Assembly (NCBI RefSeq): GCF_001194135.2
Contig: NC_068985.1
Span: 1,239,458 to 1,303,457, forward strand
DNA: 64,000 bases
Origin: Octopus bimaculoides
Lineage: Eukaryota
Reading direction: 5' to 3'
The notes under the pieces were generated by a model that had not been told where the DNA came from, made no database searches, and worked only from the letters and a program-made list of their open reading frames with translations. A program made the translations under genes and the position numbers. Below, in pieces: positions 26,369 through 39,462 of the stretch (positions are counted from its first letter, which is position 1; each line of letters begins with the position of its first letter).

Positions 26369-28489
26369 CACACACATACTTATAAACATTCAGCAGAAAA
26401 TTGTTGTGAATCCTATAAGCATTAAATATTTATCTGCCAATTTATATCTATTTGAAACAATTTTGAGACATAGTTTCTCAACATTTTTTCAACTGTATCC
26501 TCCCCTTCCTCCTTCTCTCCCTCCTCTTCCTTCTCCACCTCCTTCCCCCTCTTCTTTTACTTCTTAAAATGAAAGTAAGAAAGCCATTGCTATGTCACTG
26601 ATTACAGAGTATGTTCAACCAGGACAACACAATAATAACCTTAACATGGACATTGAATCAGAGCAAAATTCAATGAAATCCTAATATTGATCATGTATGA
26701 TGTTTTACTCCATTAACTGAAGTTTAACTGCAATTTATAACGTTTTGGCTCACTAACTTTAACTGTTCCCTCAATTTATANNNNNNNNNNNNNNNNNNNN
26801 NNNNNNNNNNNNNNNNNNNNNNNNNNNNNNNNNNNNNNNNNNNNNNNNNNNNNNNNNNNNNNNNNNNNNNNNNNNNNNNNTAACGTTTTGGCTCACTAAC
26901 TTTAACTGTTCCCTCAATTTATAACGTTTAAATCCTCAGCTGTAGCACATATCTCATTGAAGAAACTTTTGATTCTCAACATATAACGCTTGTATCATTA
27001 GTTTTAGTTCAACATTTAATAAATTCAGTTTTGACTCATTAACTTAAGCTTAGCTCTTAATAAATAATGTTATGACTGATAAATCAGAGCTTAACTCTCA
27101 ATATATAGGATTTTCATTCCTCAGCTATGGCACAGCTTTAATATCCTTAAACACTAAAGATTATTAGCATGTCTTTACCTTAGTTTGAACACTACAGCAG
27201 ACTGAGACAATAAGGAGCTGAACTACCCAGTAAATAAATATCTGCTTTACACTGGTGTGAAGCAGGTATTTACACTGCTTTACACCACTCTAATGTCTCT
27301 GTACAAGACACTTACTACTCGAATAGTCCAGTCTATTTGGATGTATGTGTGTGATATTCTGCGATGCAGGTTTCTTAGAGATACGGAGTTATCTCCCTTG
27401 CCAGACATTGTTAACAGTGCCTGAGAGAAGCTGGGTGAGGATAGAAATGGTGGTCTCCAAGAAGATGCAGGGGAAGAATTTCTGCTATGAGGTTCCCTGT
27501 GGTACAAAAGAAATTTGGACATTGATATGTAACAGCCATTGTGGTATCTCTTCATCTATGGAGGATATTACCTGGACAGCAGTCCAGTTGGTCATTGCTC
27601 ATTGGCAGGAATCTGCTCCAACCAGACAAAAAAGCATTCCTATATGCAAGCAATTGTCTAACCCAAAAACTACACTTTGTATAACTTATGAAAGCTTTGT
27701 TTGGCTGTGGTTCTTTGATAAATATTGTTTGAAGGGAGATGACTTTTCAGAATAGATGGTATGAAGTTTCTATCTTCTACAACCCAAGGGATTATGAGTC
27801 TCACACTGACATTGTAAAATTTAAAATTAGTTTTCAGTAAAGTTCAGGATTTATTAGTTTCAAAGATAGACAATAGAAAACATTCTAACATGAGAAAATC
27901 TTTCTGTAAATGGCAAAAACCTTTATGCTGAAGAATCCTTTTATTGTGATCTTTTATTTTATTCTTTCTATTTTTACCAGCTTGTTATGCAGCTAATGAT
28001 GCCATGGAAAACTCCTGCAGAAATAATGCATTATAGCTTCTTGCTAATGCAGCATGAAAAATTAAGTGATGTTGTTTCTGCTTTGAAAACTCAGTAGACT
28101 GCTGGCATTTGCATAACAACATAAACCTTCTAATGATGTAAAAATAATGATGTAATCTCTTTTACTTGAAAGATAAGTTTTAAAATCTGATATCACTATC
28201 TTTTATAATAAAGAATAAAAATTAAAAAAATATTTTGTTTTTGTATTTGGTTTGCAAGACTCTTAAGGTGAATTTGAATGTTGAAACAGATAGGAGGGCC
28301 AATGACCCTCCTGAGATACAACAAGATATAAAAGGAAAAGAACATTCTTAAATATTAAGTTTTCTATAAGTACAGACACGCCTATATATGCTTTCAATTT
28401 AGAAAATTGATGTCATATGTTGAGATATTAAAATGCAGGTTGATAATTTTTTGTGAAAAGGTTTCGGTCTGGAAATGTCTTATATTCTT

Positions 28490-28606
28490 TTCTACTCTAG
28501 GCACAAGGCCTGAAATTCTTGGGGAGGGGGCCAGTCAATTATATCGACTCCAGTACACAACTGGTACTTGATTTTTCGACCGTGAAAGGATGAAAGGCAA
28601 AGTCTT
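28490..28606 (-). mobile_element. Family C SINE-like 3' part
   Basis: ttctttctactctaggcacaaggcctgaaatt...gactccagtacacaactggtact...gaaaggatgaaaggcaaagtc. Confidence 0.75.
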
Positions 28607-28883
28607 GCATTGTTCAAAGATTGTACATTTGCATCTATAAAATGGCTTGGGTATAGGTCTGGAACTAAACATATCATCCATTTATATTTCATAATAAACT
28701 TAATAAATATATATTCTGAAAATAGTTTTATATAACTTCATATACTTTAAAGGAATTTTTAAATAGATTTTGTATACATAGCATATTTAACTAATGAAAC
28801 AAATTCTATTTAAATAGTCTTGGATTTTATATAGACATGAAGTTTAGATTTAATGGGAAAAGAATGTTTTGTACATTACTTAA

Positions 28884-28914
<31 letters not shown>

Positions 28915-28966
28915 GAATATACCATCACAAAATAAATAAACATAAAGCTTATCACAATTCATTTTA

Positions 28967-29580
28967 AAATTATTTTGCCTCATTAATAAGACCTTTTTTT
29001 TACATTGCAGTCTCCATTTGATTTTATAAACATTCACCATATTATCGATGGAAAACTTTTCCGCTGAGATAACCGTATCATCTTCATCATTTTCATCTTC
29101 AGTCATGAAAGAAACAATTGAAGCATCATTATCAATGTTTCACTTCCTTTGATATCCACCTCTTCCTACTTACTAATGGATTCTGACTCTATACATTTTC
29201 CATATTGGAAAGAGAGATGACATCTTTTTTCTTAGCATCTGAAATTTTCCAAGGTCATCACTTTGACCATCCTCATCACTGCACATAGCCAGAGGTCAGA
29301 AGCTAGAGGCCAGAGGTTATAACAGCCAGGTACAGTGCTCTGTATTTTGCTATCTGATCCCATGTGTTAGCAACTCCATAAATAGCATCCTTCACATTAA
29401 GCCCCTTTTCGAAGCCTTCCACATCTGCGCTTCTGTACACAGCAGCCAAAATGCTGTTCAGAGAGTTCTCTTTGTCTCCCATCATATTAGGGTCACATGA
29501 CTGAATTTGAAGTAAAGTAGATTGCATAAAAAGGATTTTTGTGCAGAGACTCTGCTGGAGGATAAGCAGAACGGCCGTAG
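28967..29580 (-). mobile_element. Tigger/pogo DDE transposase C-terminal relic
   Basis: Frameshifted SAYPPAE..KN.FYAIYF, IQSCD, LNSILAAV, VEGF, VKDAIYGVANTW, SESISK*EEVDI, DEDDTVISAEKFSIDNMV, VYKIK.RL...LLMRQ. Confidence 0.8.
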
Positions 29581-30331
29581 AGGAATAGCAGACAAAATGC
29601 TTAGTGGTTAAGATGGGTTCACAACCTGAGAACATCACCATCCAAAATGGTCTCGAAGCCATCTAATGAGATCTCCGTTCAGAAGGCTGTAATATCATTT
29701 GATAAAGGAACACGGTACAATGAATTCATATAACAAGGCTGTAACTTTAAATACCTTTACTCGAGGTCTCAAACATATACAGTTGAACAATAAAGGAAAG
29801 AGTTTGATGAATGGCAGCCATGTTCGTCTTCTGTGTACTTCCTCATGTCTGCTAGCTGGTGTGTGTTATAAGAGAGTCAACTAGATCATGTCTTTGCTCT
29901 CAATGTCTAGATGCCAAAAGAGGAAGTCGCAAGACCTCATGTCAGAATCTCACCACCTCTTGAGCCATCTAGTGTGAGCTTGTTTAAACCCACTGTCAAG
30001 GGAGGTAACTGCACCTACAGTGGCATTTTGTCTGGCATGCTCACTGCCTTATGACTTGTTAATATTACCAAAGGAGGAGAAGACATCCACAAAGAAGACA
30101 AGCAATAAGTTTTTTGTTGATTCATTATAAACAAGGATTCAATCAAGTTTTGGAGGGGACTTTTAATAACTGAATGGTCACCCATATAAGATATTGGAAT
30201 TTAATTTACCAAATGATTAAAGAAAAGCAAAGCAACTTCCTTCACCATCAGAGACTTATAGGCATTTAGTATGCTGTCAATTATATACTAAATTTACAGA
30301 AAAATAGATTTTTTAAAAATGGTATTAAATG

Positions 30332-30332
<1 letters not shown>

Positions 30333-30365
<33 letters not shown>

Positions 30366-31250
30366 GTGGTTGTGGTGATGATGATGATGATGGTGGTGGC
30401 AATGAAGGTAACAATAATTATGGTGATTACAATGATGATGATAGTGATGCATTTAATGAAGCTGGAGATTCTTTTTTTTTTTCTCCCTTTCACCACTGAA
30501 AGCCCATTCTTCCAACACCTTTTCCCTTAATCCCTATGGTTCTTCATTAGTAGCAAAAAAGGTGTAACACAGAATCACTCCACCTCACAAATCCCCCACC
30601 CCCACCCCACCCCATAACAAGCTCTAACTTGGTGACCTCCCTTGCTTCCCTCTTGCCATCAAGCACCACTTTTTGTGTCGTTCCATGCAGCAGGCATTTT
30701 TTTCCCCTTTCTTTCTTTTTGCCAAATGCCTCCTTTTAAAGCATGAGATTACATAATAACAGCAGATAACACTAAGAGATACCATTTAAAAGCGAAACAT
30801 AAAAGAAAACCAATTGTCCAGTTACTCACTGAATTCTTCTAAAAGCTTCACACTTTGTGAAAACAAATGGTTGGAGCCGTTCCATTCCACTGCCCCACCC
30901 CTCAAAAAAGCAAAAGGAGAGAAAAGAAAAAAAGAAATCTGGAAGGTGAAGCAGTTTGTACATGATGATGATGATGATGATAATGATGAAGATGAGGGGA
31001 GGAGGGGGGGAGGTGATGATGATGATGATGACAGTGGCAGCAGCAATGAGGAAAACAATTGCAGTGATGGTGTTTGTGGTGGCATTACTGATAATAACAA
31101 TAGCAATGATGATGATGATGGTGACGACGATGATGACGATGACAATGATGATGATGATGATGAGGATGATGCAAATGAAAATGTGACTATGATAAAAATG
31201 ATGATGAGAATGATGATGACGACGATGATGCTTGTGATGAACTGCACATT
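30333..31250. repeat. Degenerate (GAT/GGT/GAC)n trinucleotide arrays (30333-30450, 30960-31250)
   Basis: Directly visible; produce poly-D/M/S ORFs. Similar arrays at 53500-53940 and 54950-55240. Confidence 0.9.
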
Positions 31251-31387
31251 GTTATCAGCAGACTAATGGGATGTGTTTGCAATTTTAAGCTCAAATGACT
31301 ACCTTAATGAAATTATGGAAAGAATGGTGTCTGCAGACGGCTTCCATAAGCGCACACAAACACAACGCCAGCGCACAACCACAAATG

Positions 31388-31444
<57 letters not shown>

Positions 31445-31929
31445 AATGCATACCTACGCTTACATATCAACAGATACGGAGAGAAATATATTGCTTTGAT
31501 ATTTTAAAAACTTCAGCAGTTTGATAAATGGAAGTAGGAGGTTGGCAAAGGTGGTTGTGGAGGAGGAGGAGGAGGATAGAAACATGCAGAGTGAGAGAGA
31601 GAGTCAATAAAAGAGTATGTGAAAGAATTTCTAGGTTAATTGAACCAGATTTTATTCAGTGTTAAAATCCATAGATTTATCTTTTTTTTTTCAATGAAAG
31701 GTTAAGTGCGCTTGCTTATAGTATTTGATACCCGAGTTACATGAGTGCATACACAGGCACACACATATATGCACACACACTCACACACACGCATACACAT
31801 ATGGGAGATGCTAACACTTGCTTTTATTGACCCCAGAACTCTACACGTCTCTAAAAGGATGGAAAACAACAAGGGAGGGTTTGAACTCATGGCATAAAGA
31901 ATTGAAGCAAAATATTTTCAGCATTCTAA

Positions 31930-32150
31930 TCATCATCATCGTCATCATCATCATAATTTAACATCTGTTGTCCTTACTGGAATGGGCTAGATGGATTGAC
32001 AGGAGTTGTACTAGGGTCCATTTGTCTGTTTTGTAAGGTTTTTACAGATGGATGCTCCTTCTAATGCCAACCTCTTTACAGAGTGTACCAGGTGCTTTTT
32101 ATGTGGCACCAGTACTGAAAGGGTGACCAAGTAACTTGCAAGACAATTAC
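31930..32150 (-). mobile_element. Old RTE 3' tail copy
   Basis: (CAT)n then atttaacatctgttg...gatgctccttctaatgccaacc...gtgctttttatgtggcacc. Confidence 0.7.
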
Positions 32151-32388
32151 CGCCTTACCATGGAGGAGGAAGAAGTAGTGAAAAGGGGGTGGATCTGTGT
32201 CGGTGGATGAGAGATTAGAAGTATAGAGGGACAGGGTTGGGTGTCTTGATGTAGAGTAGATACATGAATACTCCATTGGAAAAAATGAAAGAAGAGTGAG
32301 TTGGAGAGTAAGATTGGGAGTTCAATAGGGAGAGATTCTAATCAATTCTGTTAATTTGACATTTACACATGCACCCCCACCCACCCAT

Positions 32389-32451
<63 letters not shown>

Positions 32452-32729
32452 CATACACAAACACATGCATGCAGAGACACACATATGATAGCAGCCAGCT
32501 CAAAAATGAATATGGCTATAGCATGTTAATGACTTGCTATTATCAAATCGTTGCTATAACTCAAATGCATCTTCTCAGTTAAATTGCTGAGTAGAATCGT
32601 AACAGCTAGCATTCTCTACCTCTGTATCTTCACAATACCAATCATCATAATCATTGCTTAATGTCTGCTTTCCATGCTGGCATGGGTTGGACGGTCTGAC
32701 TGAGGGCTGGCGAGCCAAAAGGCTAGAAA

Positions 32730-33480
32730 TATTGCGCTGGTAACTAAGTTTTCACCGTTCTTTTTAATTTTGGAACTTACTGCGTTTCTAAATTTTGGAA
32801 TCTATTTCTTTTTTGAGAATTCTATTTTTGATTCATTTTTGGAATCTATTTTGTTTTTTGGGGTTTTTTCTAGTTAATTTTAGTTAATTTTAGTTTATTT
32901 TCAGATCATTAAAATGGAATGTCAAGTTAAGAAAAATGAGCATTTTCGACACCTCCTTCTTTTAATCAAGATTCTAAGGCCGCAAAAGCTTTTTGCGACA
33001 TGTGTGCTGTGTATGGAGAGGATGCCATAGCTGAAAGAACTGCTCGTGATTGGTGTGCCAAGTTCAAAAATGGAAATTTTGACCTCAATGACACACCTCA
33101 TTCTGGCCGTCCAGTTGAGTTTGATGAAGAGCGATTAAACCAACTTTTGCACGAAAATTCTCGTCAAAGGACAAGGGAACTGGTAGAGAAAATGGAATGC
33201 TCCCACACTGCTATAGAGAAGCATCTTCACTCGATGGGAAAGGCTCAGAAGTATGGAGAATGGGTTCCACATGCTTTAAGTGACAACAGCAAAAATCAAT
33301 GAGCCACAATCTCCATTAGTTTCCTTGCTTGTCACCGCTCAACTCATGGACACAAGCAATGATTTCTTTACTGAATCGTTACTGGCGATGAAAAATGGTG
33401 CCTGTACATCAATATGAAGCAGCATAAGGAATGGCTTAGCCTCGGTAAACAAGCGACACCATGCGTGAAACAAGAATTTT
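32730..33480 (+). mobile_element. Mariner 5' half (third family, WVPHAL type)
   Basis: TIR-like TA-TTGCGCTGGTAACTAAGTTTT; ATG at 32914. MECQVKKNEHFRHLLL...GRPVEFDEERL...WVPHALS...IVTGDEKWCLY with stops and a frameshift; truncated before the second and third catalytic Asp. Confidence 0.92.
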
Positions 33481-33534
33481 TGTGGTGAGCTACTAGCTCT
33501 GATTTTATTGTTGACATATATACAACAGTGGTAT

Positions 33535-33870
33535 AAGGTGTATGGCTGAGTGGTTAGAGCATTGGGCTCACAATTGTGAGGTAGTGAGTTCAATTCTCGG
33601 ACTGGGCTGTGTGGTGTATACTTGAGCAAGACACTTTATTTCACATTGTTCCTTGTTCAGTGGGCTGTAGAAATGAGTTGCGATGTCACCAGTGCGAAGC
33701 TGTATCGACCTTTGCCTTTACCTTAGATAACATCAGTGGTGGGGAGAGGGGAGACTGGTATAGATGGGTGACTGCTGGTCTTCCATAAACAACCTTGCCC
33801 AGCACAGCCTAGAAGGGGAACCTTCTAGGTGCAATCTCATGCTCATTCATGACAGAAGGGGTTCTTTAGC
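33535..33870 (+). mobile_element. tRNA-derived SINE (family B-like)
   Basis: Box A TGGCTGAGTGG, box B GAGTTCAATTC, then cttgagcaagacactttatttcac. Confidence 0.8.
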
Positions 33871-33935
33871 ATTTTACCAGTGATAATAGAATGAACACCA
33901 GTATCAGGAGAAGCAGTAGTAGCAGAATTTGTTGT

Positions 33936-33967
<32 letters not shown>

Positions 33968-34029
33968 TAGTAAAGCAAAAGATTGCTTAGCAATTGAATT
34001 TTGTGTAATTGTCTTTCAATCAACTGACC

Positions 34030-34260
34030 ATAATGATGATGATGATGATGATCATCATCATCATCATTTAATGCCTGTTGTCCATGCTGTCATGGTTTGG
34101 ACAGTTTGGCAGGAGCTGGCATCGCCAGGAGCTGCACCAGGAAGGAGCGTCTGTGTCTGCTTTGGTGTGGGTTCTACAGTTGGACGCCTCTCTTGAGGCC
34201 AACCACTTTACTGAGTGGACTCAGTGATTTTTATGTGGACCAACAGCAGCGAGTTCAGCA
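34030..34260 (-). mobile_element. RTE 3' tail copy
   Basis: (GAT)n(CAT)n then ttaatgcctgttgtccatgctgtcatggtttggac...gccaaccactttactgagtggac. Confidence 0.7.
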
Positions 34261-34914
34261 AATAACTTGGAAGAGACAAGACTTCTCAGGTGAATTGGGA
34301 GGAGTGTTGAGGAGGGGGGGTTTAAGGCTGATGATGGAGGGTTAGAGAGTATGGAGGGAGGGAGAGAAATGGAGGGAGAGACATGGCTACAACAGTAGAA
34401 AGAGGGAGAGAGAAAGGTAAAGAGAGAAGGGAGCAATAAGGGAAAGAAGGGAGAGAAGATGGGGAAGAAGGGATGGGGTGCACTTAAGTTAGAGGGAGGA
34501 GGGGTATATAAGTGAATTGGGAGCAAGGATGGGATAGGGTGAATGGGTGGATAAGTTAGAAGACTGAAGGTGGAAGTGAGAATATTGTGAGTGGACACAA
34601 AAAGAGGCAGATGGTGTTCGGAGGATACGTTGTAGGGGTAGAAATTTAATAGGGACACTTTGTGAGCAGGCAAGTTTGTAAGGATGTGAAGAGAGAGAGT
34701 GGCAAATAGTCAGGAGGGGAATTCAGTGTGTCAGGGGATGGTATAGGTGTTTGGAAGATGGGTTGTGGGGGAGAGATTTATCAGGAACAGATTGTGTGCA
34801 GGAGAACCTACTTAAATGACATACCTTTGAGGCCTCCGTATTATTTTATATTTTAACCAAGTGGTTTTAGGATTTTATTTCTGCTGTAATGGATGGGCCT
34901 TCTTGAGAACAACA

Positions 34915-35335
34915 AAACACCAATTATTTTGGCCTTTTGTCTTCTATGAGGCACAACATCTGGAGATCATTTCCCATCACTTCACATTTAGAGACTGGCA
35001 CTTCTTTATGCAGCTCTCCTCATCCATATGCATCACATGACCCTACCAGTGCATCCTTTTCTCCTGCACACTACATCTGATGCCTCTCAAGCCTAATTTT
35101 TCTCTAATATATTTACACTCTGTTGTACATGTACAAAGACATTCCACATCCTTTGCATGTCCTCTGCAATATCACCCCACATGACACTACCATGCTGCAT
35201 AGTTGTTCATACACAAGCATCCTACAATCTACCCATCACTCTGAGGGTGAGGCCCAGTTTAACAACAAAAGTCATAACTCACTGAACTTTGCTTGGATGG
35301 TTCTAATTCTAGCAACTACATTTTTAGAGCATCCT
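34915..35335 (-). mobile_element. Older RTE ORF2 C-terminal relic
   Basis: ARIRTIQAKFSEL ... GHVMHMDEESCIKKCQSLNV ... DLQMLCLIE, colinear with the 48772-49395 copy. Confidence 0.8.
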
Positions 35336-38144
35336 CTTCCACTGTTAATTTGGCGGCATAGGTAATGGAAAATAACTACTACCTCTAAAGATCTCCCTAG
35401 TCTTTGGAGAAAATTTATTTCCTGTGTGTTCTGAGTGTTTATTGATGCTGCTCATCTACCATACACAAAGACCACTTTCTCTGTCAAAAGAACTGTTTCG
35501 AAAGACATCGATTGATGGTTTTTGGAATTTCTTCACTCTGAAGGAAGTGGATTACTTCTAGCTTTTGCCGGTTCTTTGCAATTGGTGAGATTGATGTGGT
35601 TAATATTTCTCTTGAACAATACTGATGAGGTTCCAGGAAAACCTGGGATGTGGGGAAGACGTTTTGGGGAAAAGTAGGGATGAAGTGTTTAGTGTGGGGC
35701 CAGTGAGGATGGACATAACATTGATGAAAGAAAGGAGACAAGAGAATTGAGCATAGATAGCACGAGATTAACCAGACCAGAGAGAGAGAGAGAGAAAGAT
35801 TGTACGTACACTAGAGTCTGGATAAGATAGCGAGAAACTTTGTGTTAATCCTGCAGATAGCTTTTGGGTGTCAGGATAGCAGAATGCAAAGAAACATTTG
35901 GATGAGACAATAATGTCCTCCAAAACGGAAATGACTTTCAAGACAGTTGTATATCAATCTGTTTGCTAAGTGAAACATGAAACTTGACTCCAGCAAATTT
36001 AAGAAGTGAGTAACTCTTGAAATAAAACTTCATCATTAACGCATCATGATAGAACAAAAGTCTTTTTCAGTACCAACCTACCTGACAGTTTTCTTATTCT
36101 TTTAATACTTCCATCATAGTCTTTGTGTTTCTTACCTGTTATTAATAAATACCTCATTGAATGGTTTGAATACTTTTCCAATTTTTGATGGATTGTTGCC
36201 AAAAACTATTCTCTTTGCTGAAATGATTTTTTACAACAACCAATCAAATGTATGACTTTTCCATAAAAAAAAAAAAAAATCCTGTACAATATTCCTTTGT
36301 AAATTGTAAAGTTGTTCGTAATTTACACAACTGAAGATTTCATCTTTGTCTTGTGATCCTAGGGAGTTAATACAGGAATAGGACTTTCTGTTGCCTTGCA
36401 TTAAACATTCGGAGGCCAGAGTCACAAGAGAACAAATTACTTTCCAGAAGTACAGAGAACTCGGTTAGTGAGAGAAAGGAATCGAAAACCCTCATTTTTA
36501 GAATTTTACTCAATCAACTTGGTGTGTTTTATCTTTGTATGAATGACATATCCCAAATCGCAAGCACTACCCCTGCTAATGTAAACTTTACTGTAGGATT
36601 ATGAAACTTCTTCTGAGTTGTTTTGCATCAGTTTGATTGAAAGTTAAAGCTATGAGTTATAGATAGGAAGTTGACGCTATGTGTCATAGAATGTGTCACA
36701 CTTGCAGATGGAGTTTATGTCTGCCACACCTTGCCAACTTGCACAATCAACATGGAAGACTTATTGTTCGACTTGACTCAGGATCAGTTGTATTCCTGGA
36801 AGAATTTATGCCAGTTGTGCATAACTACCTGTGACCTTAGATGTCCACATAATTCCAGAAAGCCATCAAGTGCTCAAAACACTTCCACTGATCTTTCCTA
36901 TTCCTAAAAAGCAAACCTTTCACAAAAATACCCACCAATGGTAAGATAAATAAAAAAAAGAGTCATCAGCATTATACTAGAGTTAAAGCTCAGAATGTAA
37001 GGATTTGAAACTAACAACCATGTGATAACCCTGCCAGTTTTGTCAATTTGCAGCTCTTGGCTACTAAGTTGTGAGCAACAGGTATGGTCTTGGACATTGA
37101 TCTGAGCGGATTATTTTATCAAATTGAATGATAGAAAGACATTACAAATCCAAACAGCATTTGTGTTCAATAATAATACTGTATCTGTGATAAATAGAGC
37201 AACCATTTCTATAAGATATTTTCCAAATCTTGACAAGCATCTTCAGACTTATACAGTGCAGTGTACCATTGAAGACTGAAACTACATGACACACTTTGTT
37301 TAGGCCGTAACACAGTAACTTCTCAATGTAGAAACTCAATTGTTTTTTCATGTGATGTGATGCTTTTTAAGTGGTTATTGTGTTAACATTACAAGAAAGT
37401 GATATTTTGCTGATGTAAAAAGTAAACTGGTCTTTACACTTTCTGACACGTAGCTTCACCTCACACAAAAACATTATCATAGAAACATGTAACTATATAT
37501 GTTGTACGTCCATACTCATATAACTATGCACAGACACACAAACACATGCACGCATACACACATGCACATTTATCAATAGTTATGATGATTAATCAATAAA
37601 AGGTTAGTGAGTTCAACTCCAGTGGTGGCATGTCAAAAATAGCAAAAAGTTAATAACAATGTACATGAAGAAAACCATATAAATATAACATGAAGAAAAG
37701 AAAGAAAAGAAAAGAAGAAAAGTTTCTGCATATGAATGTATTCATATCAACAGACGTTTTCATCAAGTATAACATTCAGCTTAATAAATGGTGAAAATAT
37801 GAAGAATAATGATCTGAAAGTCCCAATAAATAGAAATATTGTCTTATCTAGAGAACACAGAATTCTTCTGGAGCTGTTGAAAACCAATGCGAAAATCATT
37901 TCCCAGACACACACACACACACACACACATATCCCTGTCCCCCACATATACAAATATATACACATACACACACTTTGTACATGTAGTCATTGGGATAATG
38001 GATAATGTCTGTTGGATTCTTCAGAGATTCCACTATTTGCTTTATACTCTCTAGGATTTATTAATCTCTGATTTTTGTTGCCAAGATGCCATTTTCAGTT
38101 GGCATTGTGTTAGGATTCTTCAGAGGAGATTTTGGCATGTGTGC

Positions 38145-38208
<64 letters not shown>

Positions 38209-38401
38209 ATGTATGTGCGTATATGTTTCTGTACAGATTGATGTCTATTTGGAGAAAAATCATATATTTATTGTTATGAACATGTCAGTTTGTGTACATA
38301 CACACATGCACGCACGCACGCACACACACACACACGCACACACACAAAAAAACACACACACACAAAAAAACACACACACACATATTAATATTTGTTTTGT
38401 G

Positions 38402-38590
38402 CTGTTATAATAAAAGCAATTTTATTTTTATTTCTACTTTTGTAGAGTACAAATTTATTCTTACACAAAAATACTATTGATAGTGACTTTGAAGTTTTGG
38501 CCAGTTAAAACACCATTGCACTGTCTTAATTGAGCCCCAACTTCAAAGTCACTGTCAATAATATCCTTTTTTAAGAATAATATATGTATA
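38402..38590. repeat. Left arm of large inverted repeat; internally palindromic (38468-38568); degenerate hammerhead remnants
   Basis: Aligns to the reverse complement of 39341-39555; contains ttcaaagtcactgtc on plus and ttaactggccaaaacttcaaagtcactatc on minus. Confidence 0.85.
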
Positions 38591-39032
38591 GGCGCAGAAG
38601 TGGCTGTGTGGTAAGTAGCTTGCTTACCAGCCACATGATCCCAGGTTCAGTCCCACTGCGTGGCACTTTAGGCAAGTATCTTCTACTATAGCTTTGGGCT
38701 GACCAAAGCCTTGCAAGTGAATTTGGTAGACTGAAACTGGACGAAGCCCATCATATATGTATATGTATGTGTGTGTATATGTATGTGTGTGTATATGTAT
38801 GTGTGTGTATATGTTTGTGTTTTTGTGTTTGTCCCCCCAACATCACGTGACAACTGATGCTGGTGTGTTTACATCACCGTAACTTAACGGTTCAGCAAAA
38901 GTGACTGATAGAATAAGTACCAAGCTTACACAGAATAAGTCCTGGGGTCGATTTGCTCGACTAAAGGCAGTGCTGCTGCATGGCCACACTCAAATGACTG
39001 AAACAAATAAAAGAGTAAAAGAGTAAAAGAGT
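38591..39032 (+). mobile_element. SINE family A, full length, best-preserved copy
   Basis: ggcgcagaagTGGCTGTGTGG...aGGTTCAGTCCC...aaaagagtaaaagagtaaaagagt tail. Confidence 0.9.
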
Positions 39033-39375
39033 GTATATATCTTATTATGTGTGTGTTTGTAGGTGTGTGAATATGTATGCATGTATGTGTGAATATGTGA
39101 GTATATGTGTATATGGTAGCATATGTGTTTTCTGCTTAAAATTTGAACAAAAATTGTGTATGGAAAGTATATTTTGGAAAGGCTGTGTATGTGTTTCAGA
39201 CATTTTGTATATTTTTATGTGTATGTCTATCTATTTTTGAGAGGATTCTATCCGTAATCAGAGAATGCTTTCCATTGTATGAGATCAAAATATTCACACA
39301 TACACTTTCACACATCTACAAATACACACATATTAAGATATGTATATATGTATCATTTTTAACAAGGATATTATT

Positions 39376-39422
39376 GACAGTGACTTCAAAGTTTGAGCCA
39401 GTTAAGCCATCATCAGACAGTC
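39376..39422 (-). ncRNA. Second hammerhead relic, head-to-head with the first
   Basis: GACTGT-CTGATGA-T-GGCT-TAACT-GGCT-CAAAC-TTTGAA-GTC-ACTGTC; G12 mutated to C. Confidence 0.7.
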
Positions 39423-39462
39423 TGATGATAGCTTAACTCGCCAAAACTTCAAAGTCACTATC
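39416..39462 (+). ncRNA. Minimal type I hammerhead ribozyme relic (Penelope-like)
   Basis: GACAGT-CTGATGA-T-AGCT-TAACT-CGCC-AAAAC-TTCAAA-GTC-ACTATC. Stem I, core, stem II, GAAA position, short stem III and GUC site are in the right order; G12 mutated to A. Confidence 0.7.

Noticed and set aside
30281-31266. Poly-Met/Asp/Ser/Ile ORFs (also 23379-23702, 54879-55257)
   Set aside because: Products of trinucleotide microsatellites, open in several frames on both strands.
33000-33302. SETMAR-like domesticated transposase gene
   Set aside because: Multiple stops, a frameshift, truncation and a retained TIR indicate a decayed mariner.
35625-35650. Other CTGATGA occurrences (about 7700, 25306, 35625, 56205 minus) as hammerheads
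   Set aside because: No stem II followed by GAAA and no stem I/III pairing.
36671-36907. 78-aa Cys-containing ORF
   Set aside because: No usable donor and no recognisable domain; probably decayed repeat.
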